Source: Octopus sinensis | Taxonomy: Eukaryota | Reading direction: 5' to 3' | Assembly: GCF_006345805.1 (NCBI RefSeq) | Contig: NC_043000.1 | Location: 7,192,001-7,256,000 of the forward strand | Length of the DNA stretch: 64,000 nucleotides | Shown: positions 24,015-36,900 of the stretch, piece by piece | How the letters are laid out: each line of letters begins with the position of its first letter | Position numbering within the stretch: position 1 is the first letter of the stretch | Position numbers and translations under genes: made by a program | The notes under the pieces: model-generated | What the model was told of the DNA's origin: nothing | Seen by the model: only the letters and a program-made list of their open reading frames with translations | Databases searched by the model: none

Positions 24015-24375
24015 TGACTGTGTAGTGGTAAAAAGTTTGCTTCATAACCACATGGTTCCAGGTTCAGTCCCACTGCATGACACCTTAGCCAAGTGACTTC
24101 TACTATGGTCTCAGGTTGACCAAAGCCTTATGAGTGGATTTGGTAGATGGAAACTGAAAAAAAGTGTGTCTTTGTGTTTGTCTCCTTCCACTGTTTGAGA
24201 ACTGGTGTTGATGTATTTATGTCCCCATAACTTAGCACTTCAGCAAAAGAGACTGATAGAATAAGTACCAGGCTTAAAAGGAAATAAGTACTGGGTTCAT
24301 TTGTTTTGACTAAGGTTCTTGAAGGTGGTGCCCCAGCATGGCAGCAGTCTGATGACTGAAACAGGTAAAAGAAGA
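24015..24375 (+). mobile_element. SINE family A
   Basis: Homology to 12872-13282. Confidence 0.85.
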
Positions 24376-24549
24376 ATAAACAATTCTATAAGAGTCTGCT
24401 GCAAAAATCTTTTTGACTTATTTCTTATCATCTGTGTATATTTTGAGTACTTTATTCAGTTTTCATGCATCATTAAGAAACCAGTGAAATTTGGAAGAAA
24501 AAAGGAGGTAAAACGTCTTTCATATCAAATATCTTTTTTTATATTTTAG

Positions 24550-24774
24550 CTGCTGTTCCTGTCTGTTCTATCAGCAAACTCGCCATCTTAGAAAGCGAAG
24601 TCACAATATACCAGCTTGGCGAGTGAAGCAGTTTGAAAAACATGTCGAAGATGATATCAGTGTTGAAAGTGAAAAGTTCATCAAGACAGCTATTCATGAT
24701 CATTATAAGAGTGTAATTAAGAGTCCCTTGAAAGAAGCACCATGGGAACGAGGTACATGGACCCAATGGCCAAA
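24550..24774 (+). CDS. mrpl3: MRPL3 exon 2
   Basis: ttttag acceptor, AA|GTATGT donor, 225 nt open frame (phase 2 to 2): ...RHLRKRSHNIPAW...SPLKEAPWERGTWTQWP. Confidence 0.85.
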
Positions 24775-24811
24775 GTATGTATATATCTATATATTTTTAT
24801 TTATTATTTAT

Positions 24812-25082
24812 GTGCCCTTTTCAAGCCTAGCCAGGTTCATGTTGCCCCCAGCTGGACGGGACGCCAGTCCATCGCAGCATTTCTCAAGAAACAGGAAGAA
24901 AGAGTGAGAGAAAGTTGGAGTGAGAGAGTACAACAGGGGTTGCCACCACCTCCTGCTGGAGCCTCATGGAGCTTTAGGTGTTTTCGCTCAATAAACACAC
25001 ACAATGCCCGGTCTGGGAATTGAAACCGCAATCCTCCGACCTTGAGTCCGCTGCCCTAACCACTGGGCCATTGTGTCTCCAC
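24812..25082 (-). mobile_element. SINE family C
   Basis: Reverse complement of the 29358 head and body. Confidence 0.82.
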
Positions 25083-25384
25083 ATATCTGTATATATATAT
25101 ATTAGTAAATTTACACACATACACACACTTACACATGCATTTTCCTTTTTCCTTTTGTAAGCAATAGATGAGGATTCCACAACTTCTTGCTGAACAACCT
25201 GTGTAAATGATTTATTTATGGCAATCAAATGTTTGAGCTGTACGTTAGTTCACTTCCTCCATCAAATCGACATGCTACATGTCAGATGTTAAAGTAATTG
25301 GAGAGCAACGTGAAATGAAGTGTTTTGCTTAAGAACACAACACACCACTCTGTCCAGGAATTGAAACTATGGTCATAGTCCAAC

Positions 25385-25632
25385 TAATTAGGGCGAGAGT
25401 CAGTCTAGATGAGATGTAGTTTGGGTTCATGCCAGAGAAAAGCACCACTGATGCTTTATTTCTGATAAGACAGCTGCAAGAGAAATACCCAGCCAAAGAT
25501 AAACTTGACATGGAGAAAGCCTTTGACAGGGTCCCCTGATCCCTTATCTGGTGGTCAATGAAGAAACTAGGGATAGATGAATGGTTAGTAAGAGCTGTGC
25601 AAGCCATGTACAGGGATGCTGTCAGTAAGGTA
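25385..25632 (+). mobile_element. Degenerate RTE RT fragment
   Basis: Colinear with 3635-3900 (FGF.P.KSTTDA, DMEKAFDRVP, LGIDEWLVRAVQAMY) with stops and a deletion. Confidence 0.88.
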
Positions 25633-26326
25633 GTCTGGTAGTTGCTAAGAAAACTAGGTACAGAAGAATGGTTGTGCAGATCCTGTTAGCAAGGCAAACA
25701 GTAGCAATGAGTTCAGCAAGGAATTCCAACCTAAAAGTAGGGGTCAGAAATTCATTCTCATACTTCTTTCTATTTATTATAGTTCTCTTGGCTGTAACAG
25801 GAATTTAAGACCGATCTACTAACTGTGGTAACTCAGTAGATTTAAAATGATGTTGATAATAACTACACTGCAATTCATATAGTTTATTTTTTAGTTGTCA
25901 TCAGGGTTCTGATTCCTAGATGTGTACATAGTACCAAAAAGGCATTGAACAAGGAACCTTCACCTTTAAATTAAAGAAAATAACAGCCTTATATGTTAGT
26001 TTAGAAATAGGCAAGAGATTATGTATGTATGTATGGTTGGTGTGTGGAAGGGCATCCAGCTGTAAAAACCCTGCCAAAACAGACTGTGAAGCCTGGTGCA
26101 GTCTTCTGCCTAGTCAGCCCCTATCAAACCGTCCAACCCATGCCAGCATGGAAAACGAATGGTTAATGATGATGATCCAGGGTTAGATATTTGATGATAA
26201 ATTGAGATTAAATCAGTTGAAATGTAGATGAAGGTATATATTAATAAATGTTCTCTTTCCTAAAGATGATATTAATAGTTTCCAAAAAATTTTAACCATT
26301 TTAATTATTCTTTATCTTTTTCACAG

Positions 26327-26417
26327 GACTCTCCGTACAGGAGTTCTAGCACTTAAACTGGGGGTCTTACCTCAGTGGACTAAGAAAGGGGAGAAAATAT
26401 ATACAACACTTTTACAG
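26327..26417 (+). CDS. mrpl3: MRPL3 exon 3: TLRTGVLALKLGVLPQWTKKGEKIYTTLLQ
   Basis: ttcacag / CAG|GTAATT, 91 nt. Matches the uL3 N-terminal motif R.G..A.KLGM.P.WTK.G....TLLQ. Confidence 0.95.
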
Positions 26418-26431
26418 GTAATTTCTTTTAT

Positions 26432-26810
26432 TTGTTTCAGTCATTAGACTACAGCTATGCTGGGGCACCCCCTTAAAGGGTTTAGTTGGAGAAATCATCC
26501 ACGGTAGTTTTATTTTTTTAGACTGATACTTATTCTATCGGTTTCTTTTTGACAAACTTAATTTACAAGGGTGTAAATAAGCCGACACCAGTTATCAGGC
26601 AGTGGTAGAGAACAGATATGCGTATGCACACACACACACACATACATTTATATACACAATGGACTTCTTTCAGTTTCCATCTATGAAATCCACTTACAAG
26701 ACTTTAGTCAGCCCAGACTATAGTAGAAGATACTCAAGGTGCCATGCAATGGGACTGAACTCAGATCATGTAGTTGGGAAGCAAGCTTCTTACCACACAA
26801 CCATAAGGGT
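26432..26810 (-). mobile_element. SINE family A, followed by a + strand partial copy at about 26835-26985
   Basis: Reverse-complement homology; its 3' end lies about 15 nt from the mrpl3 exon 3 donor. Confidence 0.8.
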
Positions 26811-27347
26811 TTTTTTTTTTGTTCAGTTCTACTATGTGGCACCTTGAACAAGTGTCTTCTACCGTAGCCCCAGGCCAACCAAAGCCTTATAAGTGGATTT
26901 GGGAGACAGAAATTGAAAGAGGCCCATTGTATACATACATATGTATACATGTGTGTTTGTGTCTCCTTGTCTTGACATCATAAGATAGTTGTAAAGCAGT
27001 GTCACAGTCATACAAGTGGTATCCTTCATTTCTAATCATCTGTAAAAGAATGTTTGACCTTAGGGAAATACTACCTTACCTGGAAACAGGTGAGATTTAG
27101 TGACAGGAGGAGCATCCAAACATGGAAACTTTATTTTAACGAATTCCATCTGATCCATTAAGCATGGTAAAGTACACATTAAAATGATGGCAGTAGTTGT
27201 GGCAGAATTAGAAAAATACTTGACTAGCTGGACCTGTGGAAAATTCATGGAAAACAAAAAAATGTAAGCATCTGTAAATTGTGTGCTGGTGCCATGAGAA
27301 AACTTTATATTGTGATACTTACAGTAATATCCAATATTGGCTGAGGA

Positions 27348-27925
27348 GCAGGACAGCCTGCTGTGCTAACCTTGGATCGTAGGGCAACCTGCTGTGCTTG
27401 AGGAGACTTATTGAGTCAAGTACTTCAACATCAAAATCAAAATCAAATGGATATTGTAGTTGTGATACCTGTGCCGGTGGCACATTGGGCCTCACAGAAG
27501 CAATGACGAAAGAGTGAAACCTTTGAGATATGCTGTGACTGCGAAGACCTGGCAAATGAAGTGAGTTCATGGCTCGCAGGACAGCCTGCTGTGCTAATCT
27601 TGGATCGTAGGGTGACCTGCTGTACTTGAGGAGACTTATTGAGTCAAGTACATCAACATCAACATCAAAATCAAAATCAAATGGAAATTGTAGTTGTGAT
27701 ACTCGTGCCGGTGGCACGTACAAAACACCATCCAAATGTAAAAAAAGCACCCACTACACTCTTGGAGTGGTTGGTGTTAGGAAGGGCATCCAGCTGTAGA
27801 AACACTGCCAGATCAAACTGGAGCCTAGTACAGCCTCCTGGCTTCCCAGACCCCGGTCGAACCATCCAACCCATGCTAGCATAGAAAATCGACGTTAGAC
27901 GATGATGATGATGATGATGATGATC
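27348..27925 (+). mobile_element. Short chimeric RTE copy of another subfamily
   Basis: 3'UTR piece 27348-27483 ending at gtgccggtggcac, then a degenerate ORF end (LGLTEAMT...YAV..KT.Q.K*), the same UTR piece again from 27576, the tail and (GAT)n. Confidence 0.85.
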
Positions 27926-29357
27926 CAGTGTATAGAATACAGTAATTAATTATATTGTAGAAAAGTAAAAGTAACATCCAATATTTGCTGTGGTTATGCA
28001 ATCTATCTACTCTGAAAATATTGATAAACATTTAAAAACATAAAGCAAACACCACCTTCCTTTCGGGCACCCCTCACTCTCTGTCTCACTCCCTCTCTGT
28101 CCCTCCTCTCTCTCGCTTTACTGCTCACTTCAAGTATACCTCCTCTGCTTAACACCTTTTATTTTTATTTTTCTTTCTCCTTCTCCCTTCAAGTGTAGAA
28201 AAGTAACAGTAACATCCACAGGTATCTGCTGAGAGACAGGCAGAGGGAAAAAGAGAGGCAGATGGACAGAATAACTGTCAGACAGGCAGACATATAGATA
28301 GGTAGAGAGACAGATAGGCCACTGTTAGGACCGGATTAACTCCCATAGTGACCCTAACGACTAAAAAGATTTTCCTGCCCCTGTATTGGATCTTTTTTCA
28401 TTTTCTTCCAACCATTTGAAGGTTTTTCTTGCCCCAGTCCACACAGCTGGCCAAAATGAACACTCATGGTCAAAGGTATTTCAATTATGACCATCCTGTC
28501 TTATTTCCCAACAGTGTATCCACTCTAGGACAACATTATGCTCAGTGTCCCTTTTTGACCCCTTTATTACCATAATTCTTAGTTTCAATGAAGAATTTAG
28601 TAAAATAACATAAACTTTTGATAGGGGGGATTTTAAAGGAGATCCCTTTAAAGCAGTGAATTTATATCAGTCTTGGGTAGGTTGGTATCAAAAGAATTAA
28701 GATGGTAGGATGGCATTTAAGGAATATTTAGCCGCAATTTCTCATGTGTCAAACAGTTGCTTAGTTCAAAACATTCTCAGTAAAGTGTTTTATTTGAAAT
28801 TTATCATGAGTCTTTAATACTGTTCTTTCTTTTATATTTTAGTTATTCTGAACCAATCAGTCATTTCCTATTTTAAGCTGTATTTTAGCTTAGTAGTTAG
28901 TTAATTTACTAGAGTCTGTTTCTGGAATAACCATGGCTACTTGAGTTTTACATCTGTATTAATATAGATGTAATCTTACTAGAGAATTCTTGGTACTTTT
29001 TGATTTTTATTTATTCATTTATCCCAACTGTTGCAATGAAAATATGTACATTCGAGAATTCTGAGTGAGAATCACATTCTGAAGAAGAAGAAGAAAGACT
29101 GGAAATAGTGTTTACTGCAGAGCTTGGTGGAAATACATAGAATATAGCTGAGTAATGACAAGTCAGAGGTACCTAAGTGCAAGTGATAGGGGACAACTAA
29201 TTCCAGGAAGTGGTGGTAGAAAAGGGATAGAGAAAAGCACGTTTGTGGGTTTGAGCCAGAAGTATGTTGGTGAGCAGCTTCATGCCTATAAATTGAGGGG
29301 TCTTTCTTTAACATGGTATACAATGTCTAAGTGTATGTAAAAGCAGCAGCAGCAAGT

Positions 29358-29755
29358 GGAGGCGCAATGGCCCAATGGTTAGTGCAGCGGACTCGTGGTC
29401 GGAGGATCGCGGTTTCGATTCCCAGACCGAGCGTTGTGTGTGTTTATTGAGTGAAAACATCTAAAGCTCCACGAGGTTCCAGCAGGGAGTGGTGGCGACC
29501 CCTGTTGTACTCTTTCGCTCCAACTTTCTCTCACTCTTTCTTCCTGTTTCTTGTCCCCGACTTCCTACGCAACTGCTGAGCCTGGATGCACATTCATCCA
29601 TCCGTTGATGCTCTCGGTGTTGGGGCTTAACCTGCTTCCTCTTCTGCGGGCCTTACGAATAGCAAAGGACCACGTTTCGGACTTCTCCCACTACAAAGGC
29701 GCGATCTTGTGAGCTCTGGGATGAAGACCGCTTCGCTCAACAAACAAACAAGCAG
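29358..29755 (+). mobile_element. tRNA-derived SINE, family C
   Basis: ggaggcgcaatggcccaatggttag (A box), ggtttcgattccc (B box), tail ending caaacaaacaa. Confidence 0.85.
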
Positions 29756-30305
29756 CACTAGCACTATTGCAGGCATGAGAGCAGTATACTTTAGTATTCT
29801 ATTGTGGGTCTCACCTGAGTTTTGTAGAGAGTTGGGGGGGGGGGGGGGCAAAAGTATTTTATGGCTCTGAAGTGGAAGACCAATTTTGGTATTAGTTTTG
29901 CCTATATTGAAGATGTGCATTTACTTGGAAGATCCCCAATAAGGGTTAGGCTTAATGTTTGTAAGCACCTTGTGTTCCATTTGCATGCCGTTTATTTCTG
30001 TATGGTGGGATGAATTATCAGAACTGTTTCCTTGACTTGATATGTGTAGTGATTGCTGTTGAAGGGGGTGAGATTGGTACAGCCCTATTTTAGAATGTTT
30101 TTGAGGTTTCTGTTTATGAAGTCAATGCAGATTTGGTATGAAGTGTTTAAATTGTATTTGAATATTGCTTGGGTGTGAAAGCTCAGAGAAGAATGAAGGC
30201 TGTATCATCTACAGAGGAGTGGGCAATGATGGAGGTAATGGCAAGTAAGTTTTTTGAAGTACAGATAATTTACAAATTTATTTTATGTTGTATTTCTGTG
30301 TCTAG

Positions 30306-30434
30306 GTTCTGGATAACCATGTAATCAATTATCGAAATCCTGCAGAAGCAACTAAATTGGCTGCTTGGCACCCGATGTGGCGCAATAAATATGGAGCTGT
30401 TGTTGTTGGGGCTCTTGGAACAGATCCTAGAATG
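30306..30434 (+). CDS. mrpl3: MRPL3 exon 4: VLDNHVINY...GAVVVGALGTDPRM
   Basis: tctag / ATG|GTAAAT, 129 nt, phase 0 to 0. Confidence 0.93.
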
Positions 30435-30832
30435 GTAAATTTACAAATTAAACATCTTTCTGTTGCTTTTTTAAAAATGTTGTCATCTCTCTAGACAGAA
30501 CGTTTTTTGATCTCAGCATAAAGGTACCATACTTCTTGTTAAAAGTAAACAAGTATTCCTTGTGTTTCTTTAATAATTGATATTTTAAAAAATTTAAATC
30601 CTTGTAAATGTCAGAAAATCTCATAATTTAATTAAAACAAAATATTTGAATATATTTTTAACTGAAAAGATGCAATATAATATTTAAATTTAGAAATTAT
30701 AACAGCATTATTCACACTTTTGCTTACAATTAATATGCTGTGTTAAAAATTGTAGATTTTTTTCTTAACTTATAAAATATTTAATTTTCATTTCTAAAAT
30801 GTTTTAAAACCTATTTACTCATTTATTTATAG

Positions 30833-30932
30833 TTTACACCAGAATACAATAATTTATTTAGAAAAACTGGTCTTCCCCCTAAACGTAAACTTGCAAGATT
30901 TTTAGTGACACCTAATGCTGCTGTACAGCCAG
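30833..30932 (+). CDS. mrpl3: MRPL3 exon 5: FTPEYNNLFRKTGLPPKRKLARFLVTPNAAVQPG
   Basis: tttatag / G|GTAAGA, 100 nt, phase 0 to 1; typical mitochondrial L3 segment. Confidence 0.95.
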
Positions 30933-32093
30933 GTAAGAAATAGTTTCTCTTTCTCTAAGAATCTATCTTTTAGGAATTGAATCTGATTCATTGAAGTTTG
31001 AATATTACATTTGTTTATGTGTGGAATGGAATTCAAAACCTCTTAGAAAATGTATGAACTTAGCTACTTCTGGTTACTGGATGTAATTGTCTCAAGTCCT
31101 TAGAATCATAGGGCTGGTCACCCTGTTTGTGCCTTATAAGTGACTGAAATCACCGAATTGCCCCTGAACAGGATGCCAGTCCATTACAGGGATACTCATT
31201 TACAGCTGAGTGCTGAGTAGACTGGAACAATGTCAAATGATGTGTTTTGCTCAAGAACACAATGAACCACTGGGTCCTGGAATTGAAACTATGATCTTGT
31301 GATCACGAGTGCAATGCCTTAACTCTTCTTTTCTCTAATAATTTATAGCATTGTTTAGTGAATGGTTTTTCTTGTGTGCAAGTGATTATCCTGAACGGGA
31401 TAGCCAGTCCACTACAGGGGTACTCATTAGAGCTGAGGGGACTGGAGCAATATGGAATGAAGTGTTTTGTTCGAGAACAACGAACCACCGGGTCCTAGAA
31501 TCAAAACCATATATCCATAACAAATCTAAATACCAAAGACATTCCACAACAAAATAATTTTAAGAACCACCACTGTAGAGAAGAAAGCTTATAGTAGAAA
31601 ACACCAAAACTCTGCTTCACTTCTATTAATTTCTAAACTATTGTTATTATTACATTTATGTATTTGTTTTGCAAGATGTGCTGAATCAGATATTTTTATA
31701 TTTCAGGATGGTCTTTTTTTTTTAATCTTATTTTATTTTGCCAAATAACTACACGCACTATATACTTGTTCTTCACTTGAGCTTTATCATCATCCTCCTT
31801 ATTTTAGTGTTCTTTGTCTGGAAATATTTTGTCACACATCCCCTGACCTCTTTACCAACTCTCCATTCCATATATCTTCTCCTATTCTGTCTTTCTGGGA
31901 TGGAGAGTCGCTGAAGAGGTTACAAGATGTGTGATGAAAGATTTCAGACAAAGGACACTAAAATAATAATAAATGTAGAAAGCGTATATATTGCATGTGG
32001 TTATTTGGAAAAAAAAAAATTCTTTTTAAATGACCATCCCAAAATATAACAATACTATTATTAATGTTACTTTTTTGTTTATTTTGTTTTTAG

Positions 32094-32154
32094 GAACTCC
32101 TTTGTCATGTCTCCATTTTAGAGTTGGGGATTACGTAGATGTTCAAGCCAGAAC
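32094..32154 (+). CDS. mrpl3: MRPL3 exon 6: TPLSCLHFRVGDYVDVQAR(T)
   Basis: ttttag / AC|GTAAGT, 61 nt, phase 1 to 2; uL3 HF..G.YVDV motif. Confidence 0.95.
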
Positions 32155-32539
32155 GTAAGTAGTCATTGATAAAACCTGTTCTTGCCATATATTTGTCTTA
32201 TAACGTAGAGGAAATAGGACTGTGCCTATGGTATTTGCATGCCTTTTAGACTCGTGGAATAAATCAATATAATTGACATTCATTTAGAACATTTGAGGAA
32301 CAAAAATTGTGGATGCATTGGAAATTCCATAGGGACACTGATCTGAGAGTAAGGCCTGGAGAAAACTGTTTACTGTGGGATTTAGGAGGGGAGACTCAGA
32401 AGGGATGATAAGGGAAGTGAAACAAATGAGCCTGGATGACAGCTTTTATGCTACTAGCTATTTCAGAGGAGGAAAATAATGAGAAAAGAACATTACAGCT
32501 TGTCTACTAGTTGGTGTAGTATGTTGATGACTTTATTAA

Positions 32540-32751
32540 CCCTTTCGTTACCAACCCGGCTGAAACCGGCTCTGGCTCTGTAGTCTTGTTTTCATAAGTT
32601 TTGAATTAAAATCTTCCACCAAATCTTAGTCACAATTTATGTTCCTAACACTAGCTAATGATAACTAAGTTATTTTACTAAATTCTTTGTCATATTTAAA
32701 GGGATTGAAAGAAACAGAGAGCATCTCAACAGAAATACAGTAACAAAAGGG
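32540..32751. mobile_element. piggyBac-like MITE
   Basis: TTAA|CCCTTTCGTTAC ... GTAACAAAAGGG|TTAA, i.e. TTAA target-site duplication and CCCT-starting TIRs. Confidence 0.85.
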
Positions 32752-33049
32752 TTAATGAGACAGATGATAAGGTCTTGGTTGTTTTTGTGTGTAGCAGCAA
32801 CAACATTCTGGGTCTATGAGCAGTATACCAAAGTGTATAACTTTGTAGAAGTCAGCAACTAATGAGGGAGGTAATTTTGAAAGTACTATATATAAGTCAT
32901 TATAAAAGATTCTGATGGATTCTACAAGATAAGACACCTTTCAATAAAACCATTTTTATAAAATAAGTTATGTCCTTTTATGTGAATGCTCTATATGTAA
33001 AGTTGTTACGGGAGATTTATCAAAGATTTTGAGGGCCTACATTTGTAAG

Positions 33050-34900
33050 TAATTGTCTATTGTTCATGAGTTCAGATGGAGAAATACAAGACTGTTTCCA
33101 TGTTATAAACAGCAATTGCATCTTTATGTTGTTGGGGGAGATTCTGTTGTCATATCCCTAGGAAATGTTTTCAAGATCTCTATTCATGGAAGTCATGAAG
33201 GCTTTATTGCATGGTGTCTAGGTGTTGTGGAAGATTGCATGACAGCGATGGTGGTGTGCATAGAAATGATGGAAAGTAGTTTGTTAATGTACATTGGGCA
33301 GATTATTTGTGATGTAGTTGAACTTTGGGGTATGCCAGAGCTGTTAGAATGCAGTTTGGAGAGGACCCCATTGTTGCACAAAAGTAATGGAATGGTCTAG
33401 CAGAAAATAGTTGACTTGAGAAGTAAGAGAAGGATGTAGTTTGAGCATCTAAGCCTGGAGGCTCTGCTAGACAGTTTCTAAGATTCTGATGTCAAGTGGA
33501 AAAGCTTTGCTTGCAACAGAGTTGTTAAGGGAAAGAGATCACAGTGAGTTAGGAGAGCAGATGCCTAGTAGAACTGGTTCTGTAGAAGCTACACTGATGA
33601 TCCCTAAAAAAGGAGAATGACTTCAGTTGATTAAAGAAGTGATTGTTTATATCTGTTTCTCCTACCTCTGAAATACTAGGATGGGAAAGATTGGTTGGTT
33701 GTTAGCAGGGTCAGTGAGGTGATCTTCCCTGTGAATGGAGAATATACCTGTCTCTAAAGACTAGGATAGATCCCTACAACGATAAAAAGATCGGCATCGA
33801 TACAAGCTAATTCTGGAACATAGTTTGATGGTTAATAAAAGAGACACCACCTGGATCAGTGACCTTGTTAGTGTTGAGTATTTGAAAGAGTTATCACATT
33901 TAGCAACTGTATACTTGGTGAAGATTTTAGACGGGTGGAGAAGGTGAGTTTGTGAGAAGTTTGCTGTGTCTGTGCATTGTTAAGTTCAAAATAAAGTCAT
34001 CATTGAAAAGCCTTCACATCTGATGCCTGTTTGAGGAGTGCTTAGAATGAAAAACTGTAAAGTTGTTGGAGCCTTTCGTTGCAAGGGATTGGAAAGCTCT
34101 GTGATAATTGAGTAAGTGCCTAAGCTTTTGGGATGAAGAATTCATGGAGATGTTCTTCTGATTTTCTGACAGTGGTCTTGCAGGCCTTGCATTGGTAAGT
34201 AAAAGCTTCTAAATAGTAATAGGGATGCTGTAAGCCTCTAAGTAGTGATAGGGACTTGCGTTGTAGTCAATGTTCTCAACTTGAAATGTTGCAGTGTAGC
34301 TATGGACAAAACACTTGTAGTATTTGGGGTTATAGGCTGTGGTTCTGTAAAGGATATGAAGGGACTTGCTTAAGATAATGGGCTTTATCAACCACTTACC
34401 TGTCATTTCACTTGAGTCAAAGCATGTAGCATGTTTGATGCTAGATATAGTCAGCATGAAGCCTGCTGGAGCATTGACTGAAAGTGTTTGAGGGTGGTAG
34501 GGTTGTGCTTTAGTAAAATATGAAGTATGTTCCTTGACAAGGCAGTTGTTGGATGAGGCAATGTGTCCGGATGTGACTAATAACCAGATCTGTTTTAAAT
34601 ATCAATGTGCATCCATTAGCCAGAGGTGCAGTCAGTAAGGATAACTGTTGAGGAGAGTGAGAAGTTATTGAGACTGGTGAAGTGAGATAGATGTGTTCTC
34701 AAAGCAGAACAAAATATAGTTAAACAATTAGTGGTGGATGAAGTTCTTAGATCTATAGAGATACTTGAGGGACTTAGAGCTACTTTAAACCAGGGTAGCT
34801 TGAATTCTTGGATGTTCATATGTAGATGAGTAGAGAGTATCCTATATATGTGAAGATACCATCAATGGAATATAATATGTAGCTTGGACCGTAGAAGTAA
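33050..34900 (-). mobile_element. Highly degenerate CR1/L2-type LINE relic
   Basis: Fragments such as YLYRS (APE-like, about 34750) and MNRDLENIS*GYDNRISPNNIKMQ (RT C-terminus-like, about 33110-33190); many stops. Confidence 0.4.
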
Positions 34901-35664
34901 AAGATTAGAAAAGTTTCTGTCTTGGGAGGAATAAGATGTGTGGCTTGCATGATGCTTGGATGTTTAACCCAAGAACAGTCCTGATTAAGCAGACCTTAGA
35001 TCAAAGACATTCCAATGAGGAACAATATTTTTCAAAATATTGCAACTTAGATTACATTGTCCAATGTGTTCTTCCTTTTCTCCCTTTTTTTAAGATGGCA
35101 GAATGGGATTTGAAGAGATTTTACCTGCTATTTTTAGCAAATTGTACAACTATATAGAGGCACACTTGTTAACATTTAATGGTTATCTCAACTTTATAAC
35201 CCCATTATCCCAGTTTCTATGGCATTGAAGTAACTGTGAGTACAACACTCACCACTGAACAGGGTACCAGAGTCCATCATGTGGGTAACACCTAGCTGCT
35301 GGTGTTACTCATTTTCAGCTAAATAGACTGGATTATCACAACAGGAAGTGCCTGGTTCAAGAGTCAAACTCATGACCTTACGATTGCTAGCCCAACACCC
35401 TAACCACTTGGCCATTTGTCTTCACCTTTGTTGGCTCATGCATTCATTGCATATTAATAAAATGTTGCATATGGGGTCCAGGTAGGACCAGAGTACAGGA
35501 GCATCAGTATTAAAGATAGACAATTGATGTAATCAATAAAGTATAGCTAGAAATAGGTACTGGGGTCAATTTGTTTGACTAAAACCCTTCAAACCATGGC
35601 CACAGTTCAATGACTGAATCAAGTAAAATATAAAAGATGTAGAAAATCCTGGATTACTCTTTTA

Positions 35665-36022
35665 CTTGTTTCAGTCATTTGACTGTGGCCATGCTGGAGC
35701 ACCACCTTTAGTCAAGAAAATCGACCCCAGGACTTATTCTTTGTAAGTCTAGTAATTATTCTATTGGTCTCTTTTGCCAAACTGCTAAGTTACGGGGACG
35801 TAAACACACCAGCATCGATTGTCAAGTGATACTGGGAGGACAAACACTGACAGACAAACATATATATATGCTTTTTTCAGTTTCCGTTTACCAAATCCAT
35901 TCACAAGGCTTTGGTCAGCCCGAGGCTATAGTAGAATACACTTGCCCAAGGTGCCACGCAGTGGGACTGAACCCAGAACCATGTAGATGCAAAGCAAGCT
36001 CTTTAACCACAGTCATGCCAGC
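35665..36022 (-). mobile_element. SINE family A
   Basis: Reverse-complement homology to 12872-13282. Confidence 0.88.
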
Positions 36023-36504
36023 ACCTAAATAATAATAATAATCCTTCTATAGGCACAAGGCCTGAAATTTTTAGGGTCGGTGGACTAGTCAATTATGCTG
36101 ACCCCAGTGCTCAACTGGTATTTGTTTATCAACCCTGAAAGGATGAAATCCAAAGATGGCCTCTGCAGAATTTTAATTCAGATTGTGTTAATAATAATGG
36201 AAAATGAAACTGCAGCTTGGAAAATTATTGCATTATGCTATATTACAATATTAAAATTAAAGAATGAACATTTTACTACTGAGATATTTGTCTTGTCTTA
36301 TGATGACAATGACGAAGATGGTTGTGTCTTCAACTCATTAAATGAAGTTGGTAATAAGCTGTATATTTTATTTTTGTTAGCTATTCAGAAACACACAAAG
36401 CTTCACTTAAACATTTATTTGTAATATGGTTTCAAAATTTTCACTGCTTGAAACTGCAATCTGTTCACTGACAAAAGATTTTGCTGCATCTGAGATACAG
36501 CAAA

Positions 36505-36900
36505 CGTCATCATCACTTAACATCTGCTTGCTGTGCTGGCATGGGTTAGATGGTAAGCCAGAGAGCTCTACTAGGTTCCAGTCTGATTTGGCTGCATACT
36601 CTTCCTAATGCCAATCACTCCAAGAGTGTAGTGAGTGCCTTTTATATATCAGTGGCACAGTGGCACAAGTGCCTTTTACGTGTCCCCAGCACTGGCCACA
36701 ACTATGATTTCACTTGGCTTGACAAATCTTCTCAAGCACATCAAATCACCAAAAGTCTCGATCATTTGTCATCGCCTCCATGAGATCCAACATTCAAAGA
36801 TCATGCTTCACCACCTCGTCCCATGTCTTCCTGGGTCTACCTCTTCCACAGGATCCTTCTACTGTTTGAGATTGGCACTTCTTTATGCAGCATTATTTTT
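36505..36900 (-). mobile_element. Old RTE 3' fragment
   Basis: Reverse complement of gtggaagaggtagacccaggaagacatggg (GRGRPRKTW) at about 36815-36850 plus a degenerate tail. Confidence 0.7.

Noticed and set aside
29358-29435. tRNA genes at SINE heads (also 38561 and 20150-20257)
   Set aside because: They have A/B boxes but continue into repeat bodies and lack a complete cloverleaf acceptor stem.
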